Under the pieces are notes generated by a model. It had not been told where the DNA came from. It worked only from the letters and a program-made list of their open reading frames with translations, and searched no databases. A program made the translations under genes and the position numbers. 59,106 bases of DNA from Candidatus Hadarchaeota archaeon (GTDB lineage: Archaea; CAYQAE01; CAYVLA01): assembly GCA_964452145.1 (NCBI GenBank), contig CAYVLA010000010.1, forward strand, positions 1 through 59,106, read 5' to 3'. This document shows positions 18,981-27,000 of this stretch, piece by piece; position 1 is the first letter of the stretch; every line of letters begins with the position of its first letter.

Positions 18981-19429
18981 CCTGGTTCGTCTATGATTGC
19001 GAGCCGTCCCTCCGCTTCCTCTACCGTAATCTGTCTGGGCCGCACGCCCCGAGGCAATCGACTCGCCAACTGCCGGTAGAGCAGGCGACCGATCTCCTCA
19101 ACGCTTGAGTTGCCTATCGGAAGTAGGGCGGCGTCCGCCGCCGGAATGCTGTAGCACCTTCCCGAAGCAGTGATAAGGACGGAGCCTTGCTTACGCTCGA
19201 TGTTCAAGCTCGGGTTTGTCTCCGGGATCAGAACTCTGTGATCCAGCTCGGAGACGATTTCCTCGAGGAGCCTTTCTAGCTGGGCGAAATCCATCACTAT
19301 GCCGTTGCCGCCTGCCCCCTCGACCTCGGCCGAGACAAGCATGTTGTGGCCATGCAAGCCTTCAAACGTCCCGTCGATCTCGATGAAGTGGGCACAGGAC
19401 AGGTTTATGCCACCCACGCGAATCCTCAT
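18977..19429 (-). CDS. 6-pyruvoyl-tetrahydropterin synthase family protein (QueD/PTPS; E-x2-HGH type)
   Basis: SCAHF, FEGLHGHN, VMDF, LDHRVL.P and NSSVEE motifs. Confidence 0.87.
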   Translation of the reverse strand: MRIRVGGINLSCAHFIEIDGTFEGLHGHNMLVSAEVEGAGGNGIVMDFAQLERLLEEIVSELDHRVLIPETNPSLNIERKQGSVLITASGRCYSIPAADAALLPIGNSSVEEIGRLLYRQLASRLPRGVRPRQITVEEAEGRLAIIDEPG

Positions 19430-19457
19430 TGCTACCGTGGCCCCAACTGCGTACGAA

Positions 19458-19465
19458 ATATATAT
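19458..19465. promoter_or_regulatory. Shared TATA of divergent PTPS / argB
   Basis: Palindromic ATATATAT between starts 19429 and 19501. Confidence 0.55.
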
Positions 19466-19500
19466 CTCGCATCCAATGGGCCGGATTGAAGGTGTAGGAT

Positions 19501-20364
19501 ATGGCCGACGGTCCCTCGACCCAGGTGATTGCGGAAACCCTGGTAGAGGCCCTGCCCTATATCCGCCAGCTGTACGGCAAGACGGTGGTTGTCAAGTTCG
19601 GGGGCAACGTAAGCGCCGATAAGTTGAAGCTCGACAACGTGGCCAAGGACATCGTTCTTCTCAGGCTTGTGGGGATGAAGCCAGTGGTTGTCCACGGGGG
19701 TGGGGACGAGATCTCCAGATTCATGAAGAGGATGTGCAAGGAGCCCGTCTTCGTCGACGGGCTGAGGGTTACCGATGACGAGACCATGGAGCTGGTCGAG
19801 ATGGTGCTCGTCGGCAGGGTGAACAAGTCGATAGTCTGCGCCATAGAGCTTCAGGGCGGTCGGTCGGTGGGACTGTCCGGGAAGGACGGTCGCCTGATCC
19901 TCGCTAGGGTCAGAGACCCCAAGCTCGGCAGGGTGGGCGTCGTGGAATCGCTGAATACCTCGGCGGTGACCAGCCTCTCCGACGCCGGTTTCATTCCTGT
20001 GATAGCGCCGGTGGGGATGGATCTTGAGGGGAGGAGCCTGAACATCAACGCAGACACCCTTGCGGGCGAGCTGGCCATCTCGCTTAAGGCCGAGAAGTAC
20101 ATGGTTCTGACGGACGTGATGGGCGTCCTGCGCGATGCCGGGGACCCATCGAGCCTCATATCCTCCCTATCCTTGGAGGAGGCGCGGAAGTTAGTCGAAT
20201 CCGGAGCCGTGGCGGGTGGCATGATGCCCAAGATCGAGTCTTGCATCAGGGCCCTGGAGAGCGGGGTTCGACGTGCTCACATACTCAACGGGGACACTCC
20301 ACATTCCCTGGTACTGGAGCTGCTGACTGAGCGGGGCATCGGGACCATGATCAACGGGGAGTAG
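19501..20364 (+). CDS. argB: Acetylglutamate kinase
   Basis: EALPYI, VVKFGG, VVHGGG, GLRVTD, NINAD, GGMMPK and GIGTMI motifs. Confidence 0.96.
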   Translation: MADGPSTQVIAETLVEALPYIRQLYGKTVVVKFGGNVSADKLKLDNVAKDIVLLRLVGMKPVVVHGGGDEISRFMKRMCKEPVFVDGLRVTDDETMELVEMVLVGRVNKSIVCAIELQGGRSVGLSGKDGRLILARVRDPKLGRVGVVESLNTSAVTSLSDAGFIPVIAPVGMDLEGRSLNINADTLAGELAISLKAEKYMVLTDVMGVLRDAGDPSSLISSLSLEEARKLVESGAVAGGMMPKIESCIRALESGVRRAHILNGDTPHSLVLELLTERGIGTMINGE

Positions 20365-20365
20365 G

Positions 20366-21034
20366 ATGCGCTTTCAGGTTCTGGAGTGTCTGCTGGACCT
20401 TGCCAGGCGGGGTGCAGACAAGGGTTTCGTACGGGTCTCGACGAGGGAGATCGGAATTGCCCTGTCCAGATCCCAGCAGACCGCCAGCAGGCTTCTTGTC
20501 TCGATGGAGAGCGATGGGCTCATTTCGAGGCTCAAGGCGGAGAGGACCCAGAAGATAAGGATCAGCCCCTCCGGCATGGATGAACTCCGCAAGCTCCAGA
20601 AGATGCTAAACAGGGTGTTCGAAGGCTGTACGATCGATGGCATCGTTTTCACCGGGGTGGGCGAGGGAGCCTACTATATGAGCCAGAACGGGTATCGGGC
20701 CCAGTTCAGGGCGAAGCTTGGCTTCGATCCGTATCCGGGCACCCTGAACCTCAGAGTCTCCACCCAGGTCGTTCAGGAGGAGGTCCTGACCAGGCCCGGC
20801 GTGAACATCGAGGGTTTCGAGGCCGAGGGCAGGAGCTTCGGGGGAGGGAGATGCCTGAGCGTGTGCATCGGGGTCGGTGCGTGGGAATCGATCCCGGCTG
20901 CGGTTTTTATCCCCCATAGGACTCACTACCCGGGGGATGTTCTGGAGCTCGTCTCTCCCGAGAACCTTCGAAGCAAGCTCGGGCTGAGAGACGGGGACCG
21001 GGTCAGCCTAAGGCTCCTCCCATGCCCTACCTGA
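20366..21034 (+). CDS. ribK: CTP-dependent riboflavin kinase with N-terminal wHTH (RbkR)
   Basis: SQQTASR HTH; G.GEGAYYM, PYPGTLN, RTHY and LR.KLGL.DGD motifs. Confidence 0.93.
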   Translation: MRFQVLECLLDLARRGADKGFVRVSTREIGIALSRSQQTASRLLVSMESDGLISRLKAERTQKIRISPSGMDELRKLQKMLNRVFEGCTIDGIVFTGVGEGAYYMSQNGYRAQFRAKLGFDPYPGTLNLRVSTQVVQEEVLTRPGVNIEGFEAEGRSFGGGRCLSVCIGVGAWESIPAAVFIPHRTHYPGDVLELVSPENLRSKLGLRDGDRVSLRLLPCPT

Positions 21035-21895
21035 AGACCGTTTGCGGATCTGATCGATGATCCTGCTCGTCTTTGAGAGGTCCCCGGAATCCCACACCCG
21101 GCTTCTCGTCACCTGGACCTTCAGGCCTCGTCTGGCCAGTTCGGCCTTGATTCGTCGGGCGTCGGCTTCCTGGTCCTTGCCTAGGAAGATGATGTCGGGC
21201 CCGATCCTGAGAACGGGGCTGTAGGTATCCTCCTGGTCTCCCAGACAACAGTAGTCCACGGCATCCAAGTGGGAGACGACCGTGAGTCTATCAGACTCGC
21301 TCTGGACAGGGGCCCGGCCCTTTCTCCTGGCGGAGTTGGGATCGCGGGCAATGATGGCCGTCAGTACATCGACGCGTCCCTTGGCCCAATCCAAGAACGC
21401 CACGTGACCCGGATGTATCAGGTCGAAGACCCCAGCGACCAGGCCCACCTTGATCTTGCCCCTCCCGGTGGGCGTCAGGCCGACCTCTTCCCCGAGGATC
21501 TCCAACAAGCCCTCGGCCCTGAGGCCTTCGAGCACCCCTATCAACTCGTCTACGTCCGCACAAAGGGAGGCCGCGAGGCTGGCGATGGAGCGGTCCCCCC
21601 TCAATCCGTTGACCAGAATGTTGGCCACGACTTTCCTTTCCGGGAGCAGCCCAGTTAGTCTCGCTGCGGTTCCCTCGAGAGCACCGTCCAGGAGTCCGTG
21701 GGAGTAGTTGACCGAGGCCAGCGCGGTGACGTAGTCCTCCCTCGAATGATAGTACTCGGCGTCCGCGAGATATCTTGTTGCCCTGTCCAGGACGATCTCG
21801 GGTGCGCCGAGCTTCCTGGCCTGGGCCAGCCTTTCCCTTGCGAGGAATACGTAATGTTTCACCCTGCTGCCATCCACCGTCTTGCCTGCGTCCAT
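21008..21895 (-). CDS. ribL: DUF357-wHTH-FAD synthase (RibL-like cytidylyltransferase) fusion
   Basis: N-terminal YLADAEYY...TALASVNYSHGLLDG (DUF357); middle HTH ending LTPTGR; C-terminal GVFDLIHPGH, IARD, KGR.P, PDIIFLG.DQ. Confidence 0.78.
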   Translation of the reverse strand: MDAGKTVDGSRVKHYVFLARERLAQARKLGAPEIVLDRATRYLADAEYYHSREDYVTALASVNYSHGLLDGALEGTAARLTGLLPERKVVANILVNGLRGDRSIASLAASLCADVDELIGVLEGLRAEGLLEILGEEVGLTPTGRGKIKVGLVAGVFDLIHPGHVAFLDWAKGRVDVLTAIIARDPNSARRKGRAPVQSESDRLTVVSHLDAVDYCCLGDQEDTYSPVLRIGPDIIFLGKDQEADARRIKAELARRGLKVQVTRSRVWDSGDLSKTSRIIDQIRKRSSGRAWEEP

Positions 21896-21914
21896 GGCAA
21901 TACCTGGAAGAGGA

Positions 21915-23396
21915 CTAGATTGATGCTCGTAGGGATGCCAATTCCCGCTTGGCCGACTCGATCCTCTCCTCTTGCAGTCTGATCCAAGCGACGCTTCTGT
22001 CCACAGCTGCTCTGGCTTTCCTAATCGCTTTCCGAACCTGGCTCGGGGCCGGTCCGCCGCACGCTTTGCGTTTGGACAGGACGGCCTCCATGTCCATCAC
22101 TCGACGGATCTTGGCCTCATCGATGGTGGCTTCCCTGCCAGTCACATTCTTCGCGGACTCTGCAATTCTTCGCGCAATCTCGGTAGGTTGAAGGCCCTCC
22201 TCCCACGTCTCAGCTAAGCCGGCGACGATCGAGTGGGCGGTTCTAAAAGGGAGGCCGAGATCGCTTACGAGAAGATCGGCCATATCGGTTGCCCAAAGAA
22301 GGCCGCGCGTGGCCTGCCTGACCATGGCCTCCTTGTCCACTTTCATCCCGGACATCAATCCCTCCATGGCCGCAAGTATGGACTTCATCGTTTCGGTGCC
22401 CCTCCAAAGATGGGCGGTTGCCTCCTGCAGATCCCGGTTGTAGGAGAGAGGAAGGGACTTGCAGACTGAGAATGCCGCCATGAGCGACCCCACCACGCTG
22501 GAGATCCGGGCCCGCGAGAGCTCGGCCACATCCGGATTTCGCTTCTGGGGCATGATGGAGCTTGTGGATGAAAACTCGTCGGACAGCTGGACGTAGGCGA
22601 ACTCGGTTGTGCTCCAGAGAATAATCTCCTCCGCAAGGCGGCTGAGATTGATGCCCATGATCGCCAGACATGCTAGGGCCTCCAGAGCGAAATCCCTGGA
22701 GGCCACGGCATCGGTGGAGTTGTCGCATTCGGACCCGAACCCCAGAAGTGCTGATGTGAGCTTCGGATCGATGGGAAAGCTCGTGGAGCTCATGGCCGCG
22801 GCCCCGAGCGGGTTTGTGTTGACCCTTTCATAGCATTCCATAAGCCTCGCCGCATCGCGTCCGAGAGAGGACACATACGCCATCAGATGGTGGCCAAGGG
22901 TCGTTGGTTGGGCGTGCTGAAGGTGGGTGTAGCCCGGCATGATGGTGGCGGTGTGTGTCGAGGCCAGCTCCAAGAGCGTGCCCTGCATACGGCAGATCCC
23001 CGCGATTATCGACAACAACTCGTCCCTGAGGGATATCCGGATGCACGCGGCAACCTCATCGTTTCGGGATCTTGCGGTGTGCAGCCTTCCCGCAATGTCC
23101 TCTCCCAGCCGCTGGATCAGCTCGCTCTCCAAGAGGATGTGGATATCGTCCGATCTCCTCGACAGGAGTTCGGTCCGATCGGATTCAAGGATCGAGTCGA
23201 GCGCAGCGAGGATGGCGTGTGCGTGATCTCTATCGATGATGCCCTGCTTCACGAGCATCAGCACATGGGCCTTGTCCACCCAGACGTCGGCCTCCAAGAT
23301 CTTGGCATCTTGGGCTACAGAGGAGAGGAACTGGGCGACACCCTCGTCCTGTGGACTGCTGAAGCGAGTCCTCCGGAGGATGTCATCCTTAGTCAT
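21915..23396 (-). CDS. argH: Argininosuccinate lyase
   Basis: LHTARSRND, MPGYTHLQHAQP, SSIMPQKRNPD and YNRDLQE motifs. Confidence 0.96.
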   Translation of the reverse strand: MTKDDILRRTRFSSPQDEGVAQFLSSVAQDAKILEADVWVDKAHVLMLVKQGIIDRDHAHAILAALDSILESDRTELLSRRSDDIHILLESELIQRLGEDIAGRLHTARSRNDEVAACIRISLRDELLSIIAGICRMQGTLLELASTHTATIMPGYTHLQHAQPTTLGHHLMAYVSSLGRDAARLMECYERVNTNPLGAAAMSSTSFPIDPKLTSALLGFGSECDNSTDAVASRDFALEALACLAIMGINLSRLAEEIILWSTTEFAYVQLSDEFSSTSSIMPQKRNPDVAELSRARISSVVGSLMAAFSVCKSLPLSYNRDLQEATAHLWRGTETMKSILAAMEGLMSGMKVDKEAMVRQATRGLLWATDMADLLVSDLGLPFRTAHSIVAGLAETWEEGLQPTEIARRIAESAKNVTGREATIDEAKIRRVMDMEAVLSKRKACGGPAPSQVRKAIRKARAAVDRSVAWIRLQEERIESAKRELASLRASI

Positions 23397-24532
23397 CGAG
23401 CCTCACCGATCGCCGTCTTCTGGTTCCGGGCCTTCGTATTATATTCTTCCGTCCATTGCATGCAGGACGCAAGCATACCTCCAGCATCGGTCTGGGGAAA
23501 TCCGAACTCGTTTCCCCTGCGACGAAACCTCTTCAGGACCAGATCGGGCCTGGCCATGGAGGGCCGGAACTTGGGGATCTCCTCTCGGGAAAGCGGTAGG
23601 GAGACGAGTCCGGTCTTGTGATGCAGGCTGTAAGGGGATCTCACCAAGCCCATCGGCTTCATTGAGCTTGAGTCCACAAGGATCCTGTCCCTTCTTGCAG
23701 CCCTGTCCGCAATCGTCGTGGTGGTCGTTCCACCCATGGCATCACGGATCTGGGCCTCGACATATGCCACCATGTCTGCGAAAAGCGAGAAGTGGTCCCG
23801 AGCTCTCTCCTGCCCGTCTCGAGATGAGAGCGGGACGTAGGCCTTGGGGATATCAAATGGGGCGATGTGTGCCCATGCTTGGAATCCCCTGCTCCCTGAG
23901 AACTTGAGGGCGGGCTTGAGTCCGTGGCTGCGGAGTACCCGGTCCACCAGGAGGGTCGCCTTCTTGACCTGGTCGAACGGCACCTGCGTACCCGGGTCAA
24001 GGTCTACGACCAACCAATCCGGTCGGTCGTTTCCCACTTCGTGAACGCAGGGGATGACGTCCACGTAGTGCATATCGACCAGTCGGAGCAGATCCTGGGG
24101 TCCCCTGAGGGTTATGTAGTCCTTGCCCAGCTTCCTCCTGAAGAAGTGGTCTCCTGTGAACACGCAGAAGAAGCCCACGTATCTGTGCCGGCAGAGGGAC
24201 GTGATCTCGGATGCGACTTCCGGGTAGTAGTTCTTGGCCACGTACACAAGGGTCCAATCCTTGTTCACCTTCCCCAAATCGTCCGCCAGGTCGGGAAACA
24301 TCTCCCAGAAGCGGGTTCTCCCGGTCACTGTCGCATGGTAGTTCCGCCCATCTTGAGCCACCTCCCCCCTGTCGATCAGATTCTGAACCGCTCTCGCCAC
24401 AGCGGCCCGCCCGGGGTCGCCCATATCCCTCCGGGCCTTCTCTTCTATGTGGTTGAAGTCGACTCCGCTATTCTCCTTCTTCAGCGAGAGGAGGAAGAGC
24501 ACGTAGGTTTCTAGGTCAAGCATCCGATGCAA
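23393..24532 (-). CDS. LigD-type primase-polymerase (AEP) domain with N-terminal winged helix
   Basis: PDWLVVDLDP (motif I), KFSGSRGFQ (II), ILVD (III), RSPYSLH...VSLPL; the N-terminal about 75 aa look like a wHTH (AVQNLIDRGEV...YHAT.TG). Confidence 0.8.
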   Translation of the reverse strand: MHRMLDLETYVLFLLSLKKENSGVDFNHIEEKARRDMGDPGRAAVARAVQNLIDRGEVAQDGRNYHATVTGRTRFWEMFPDLADDLGKVNKDWTLVYVAKNYYPEVASEITSLCRHRYVGFFCVFTGDHFFRRKLGKDYITLRGPQDLLRLVDMHYVDVIPCVHEVGNDRPDWLVVDLDPGTQVPFDQVKKATLLVDRVLRSHGLKPALKFSGSRGFQAWAHIAPFDIPKAYVPLSSRDGQERARDHFSLFADMVAYVEAQIRDAMGGTTTTTIADRAARRDRILVDSSSMKPMGLVRSPYSLHHKTGLVSLPLSREEIPKFRPSMARPDLVLKRFRRRGNEFGFPQTDAGGMLASCMQWTEEYNTKARNQKTAIGEAR

Positions 24533-24626
24533 TGGGGCTTCTTGGAAGAAAACGTTTTTCGCTCTGGTTCCTGTTACCCGTGTTCATCACAGGTGGCGGC
24601 GGTGTGGCCTCGGAGGACGCAGCTCC

Positions 24627-25433
24627 TCATGCACGCTTGGAGTCCAACAGCAGCCTGAAGCTTCTGGAAAAGTCAAGTATCTCGTCCGGGGTCATCGAGA
24701 CGACCCTTCTCTCCCAGGGAGCGATGAGGCCTTCGCGGACGTCCCTGGAAGCCAGGCCGTAGAGCCTCCGGAGCTCCGCATCCGAACTCTTCACCGCGTT
24801 GGCCAGGGTCTTGCGCTTATGACAGAAGAGGATCCTAATCACCTGTGCCGTGACCTCATCGGGCTCCGAAGATCGCCTCGGGACGATCACGACGACCGTT
24901 GAATCCACCCTCGGGACGGGTGAGAAGGCCCTCCGTGGAACCTCCAAGGCAAGGGACACCTTCCGCGTTCTGAGTGCCAGAACTACGGACAGCCTGGAAT
25001 ACTCACTCTCGCCCGGTCTTGCGACCATCCTCCGCGCGAACTCTCGCTGGAAGCAGAGCACTCCAAGTTCGAAGCCGTGGTCGAGCAGCCTGAACACCAG
25101 CGGGCTGGAGACGGAATAGGGGACGTTCCCGACCACCTTGTTGAAGGGTGGGAACTCGACCTTCAAAGCGTCCCCTTGGATGACCTCGACATTCTGGGGG
25201 CAGCTCTCTGCCAGATGGGCCACAAGGGTCCGATCCTTCTCGACCGCGATCACCTTGCCGGCCTTCTCGGCAATGATCCGGGTTAGGCCGCCATTCCCCG
25301 CCCCTATCTCCAAGACCAGATCGCGGCGATCAAGCTTGGCGAGGTCAGCCTCTATCTGAAGGATTCGTCGGTCGACCAAGAAGTACTGATCCAGGCGCTT
25401 TCTGGGCCTGAATCCGCCCGGGAGGGCGAACAT
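24627..25433 (-). CDS. rsmA: 16S rRNA adenine dimethyltransferase
   Basis: LDQYFL, VLEIGAG.G, GNVPYSVSSP, QREFA.RM and F.PVPRVDS motifs. Confidence 0.94.
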   Translation of the reverse strand: MFALPGGFRPRKRLDQYFLVDRRILQIEADLAKLDRRDLVLEIGAGNGGLTRIIAEKAGKVIAVEKDRTLVAHLAESCPQNVEVIQGDALKVEFPPFNKVVGNVPYSVSSPLVFRLLDHGFELGVLCFQREFARRMVARPGESEYSRLSVVLALRTRKVSLALEVPRRAFSPVPRVDSTVVVIVPRRSSEPDEVTAQVIRILFCHKRKTLANAVKSSDAELRRLYGLASRDVREGLIAPWERRVVSMTPDEILDFSRSFRLLLDSKRA

Positions 25434-25434
25434 C

Positions 25435-25992
25435 TCACTTCCTCATAACGCTGGCGAAGAGGTAGTACTTCTCCTGCTCCTGCATCTCGGCTAGGATCTT
25501 CTTGACCACGGCCTTCTTCGGGTCGGGCACAAGGTGAACCCTGTCCGAGATATCCTTGAAGCTCTCGAAAGGCCTCTTCTTCCTCTCGTTGAGTATCTCC
25601 CACATTATCTTTTTGCCGATGCCCGGGATCAGCTCGAGGGAATGCATCCTCGTAGTGAGGGGATTGGCTTTGTTGAACCATTCGACGAAGTCCTTCTCCC
25701 GGGCGTCCACTATCTTCTCCACCACGTATGGAAGCTCAACCTTGGCTGCAGAGGTCAGGTCCTCATAGCAAATCCGGCGCTTTATGAAGCCTATCTTATC
25801 TCTATCTGCCTTGCCGACGAAGACCCTCTCATAGACCTCTATGCTGGTCTTCGGCTTTGGCGTGGCCTCCAAGAGGGTGAATCGCTCCTCGCCCACGATC
25901 TGGACCAGGGGCTCCTTTAGGTAGCTTGGCCTGTCGTCCTCTGGATAGCCCTCTTTTAGGTAGTCCAGTACGTAGCCGTATGTTTCGTACAT
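25435..25992 (-). CDS. DUF655 putative RNA-binding protein
   Basis: YVLDYL..G, FTLLE, RMHSLELIPGIGKK, PFESF.DI motifs; conserved position between rpoF and rsmA. Confidence 0.92.
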   Translation of the reverse strand: MYETYGYVLDYLKEGYPEDDRPSYLKEPLVQIVGEERFTLLEATPKPKTSIEVYERVFVGKADRDKIGFIKRRICYEDLTSAAKVELPYVVEKIVDAREKDFVEWFNKANPLTTRMHSLELIPGIGKKIMWEILNERKKRPFESFKDISDRVHLVPDPKKAVVKKILAEMQEQEKYYLFASVMRK

Positions 25993-26012
25993 CCATAGAT
26001 CCCCCGGGCTGC

Positions 26013-26516
26013 TTACTCGGTCTTCTCCGTTCTCTCGGGTTCGGTCTCGCCCTTAGTTGCCTCTGCCTTCGCCAGTTCTTCCGCCTTCTTGCGTTCCTCG
26101 GCTTCCTTGGCCTCGAGTGCATCCTTCTCTGCCTTCTTGGCCTTGTCTAGTTCGGACTGGATCTTGGCAACATCGATCAGCTTCGCGCTGTTGGCGATGC
26201 GCAGTATCGCTTCTATCTTGGCGTCGTCTAGGCGGATCCGCTCCTTGGCGAAGACGAGTTGGAGATCGTCCTTATCCACTGGCAGGAGGTTGACGATGAG
26301 CACTGCCTGGTACTCCTTCAGTCCCTCTACCTCCTTCATCAGTTTCTCGACCAACTTGTGGGCGTCCTCCCCCGCGATCCTCGAGAAGCGGGTTGCGTAC
26401 TCCAGGGCCGTTCGCTGCTCGTATCTGAGCTCATCGGCCTTGCTTCGTTTGGTGAGAATATCCTTGACCTCAGGTACTGTCACATACCTCTCTGAAACGA
26501 TCTCCTTGGCAAGCAT
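26013..26516 (-). CDS. rpoF: RNA polymerase subunit Rpo4 (RpoF) with charged C-terminal extension
   Basis: EIVSERYVTVPEVKDIL, LRYEQRTALEYA..F, IVNLLP motifs; GAGGTGA RBS before ATG 26516. Confidence 0.92.
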   Translation of the reverse strand: MLAKEIVSERYVTVPEVKDILTKRSKADELRYEQRTALEYATRFSRIAGEDAHKLVEKLMKEVEGLKEYQAVLIVNLLPVDKDDLQLVFAKERIRLDDAKIEAILRIANSAKLIDVAKIQSELDKAKKAEKDALEAKEAEERKKAEELAKAEATKGETEPERTEKTE

Positions 26517-26538
26517 CGCCTTCACCTCTAGGTGGTCC

Positions 26539-26832
26539 TCACCTTTGGGGAAGCATGTGCTCGGGGCCAACGATCAGAGTCTTCCTCTTTCCCCCGACCC
26601 GAATCTGGACCAAATACGCCCTTCCCCTGATAGCGGAGACAACGCCGGTGGATCCATGGTATCTCGGGTGTGGCATTCCCCCGTGAACCGATGGGTCCAG
26701 CTTGATGTGCACCAGGTCGCCCTCCTCGAACCTCCTGGTCGCCCTGCTACTCCGGGGCATGCCCTTCTCCCGCAGGCTTTTGGAGAGCTTGTACCTCGTC
26801 TTCGACCTCGAACCTCTGGACCTTTCGGCCAT
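26539..26832 (-). CDS. rpl21e: 50S ribosomal protein L21e
   Basis: S.G.RSKTR.KL, GD.VHI..DPSVH.GMPH.RYHG.TG and PEH motifs. Confidence 0.97.
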   Translation of the reverse strand: MAERSRGSRSKTRYKLSKSLREKGMPRSSRATRRFEEGDLVHIKLDPSVHGGMPHPRYHGSTGVVSAIRGRAYLVQIRVGGKRKTLIVGPEHMLPQR

Positions 26833-27000
26833 CGTCTCACGCCCTAGAATGAGTCACAGTTGTCGCCCAGGCCCACACCAGCGTGGAGCATGGGGCATAT
26901 CCCAGTGAGATCTCCTTGCGAGGTAGGCAAAAGTTAATATAAATATATCCTCACGTTCCCTCAGGGTCTCGATGGCGGAGGCTCGGGTCCGAAGAGCGTG

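Noticed and set aside
23393..24532. Complete NHEJ system or the core primase PriS
   Set aside because: No Ku, ligase or PE domain in the window, and the motif context is LigD-like rather than PriS-like.
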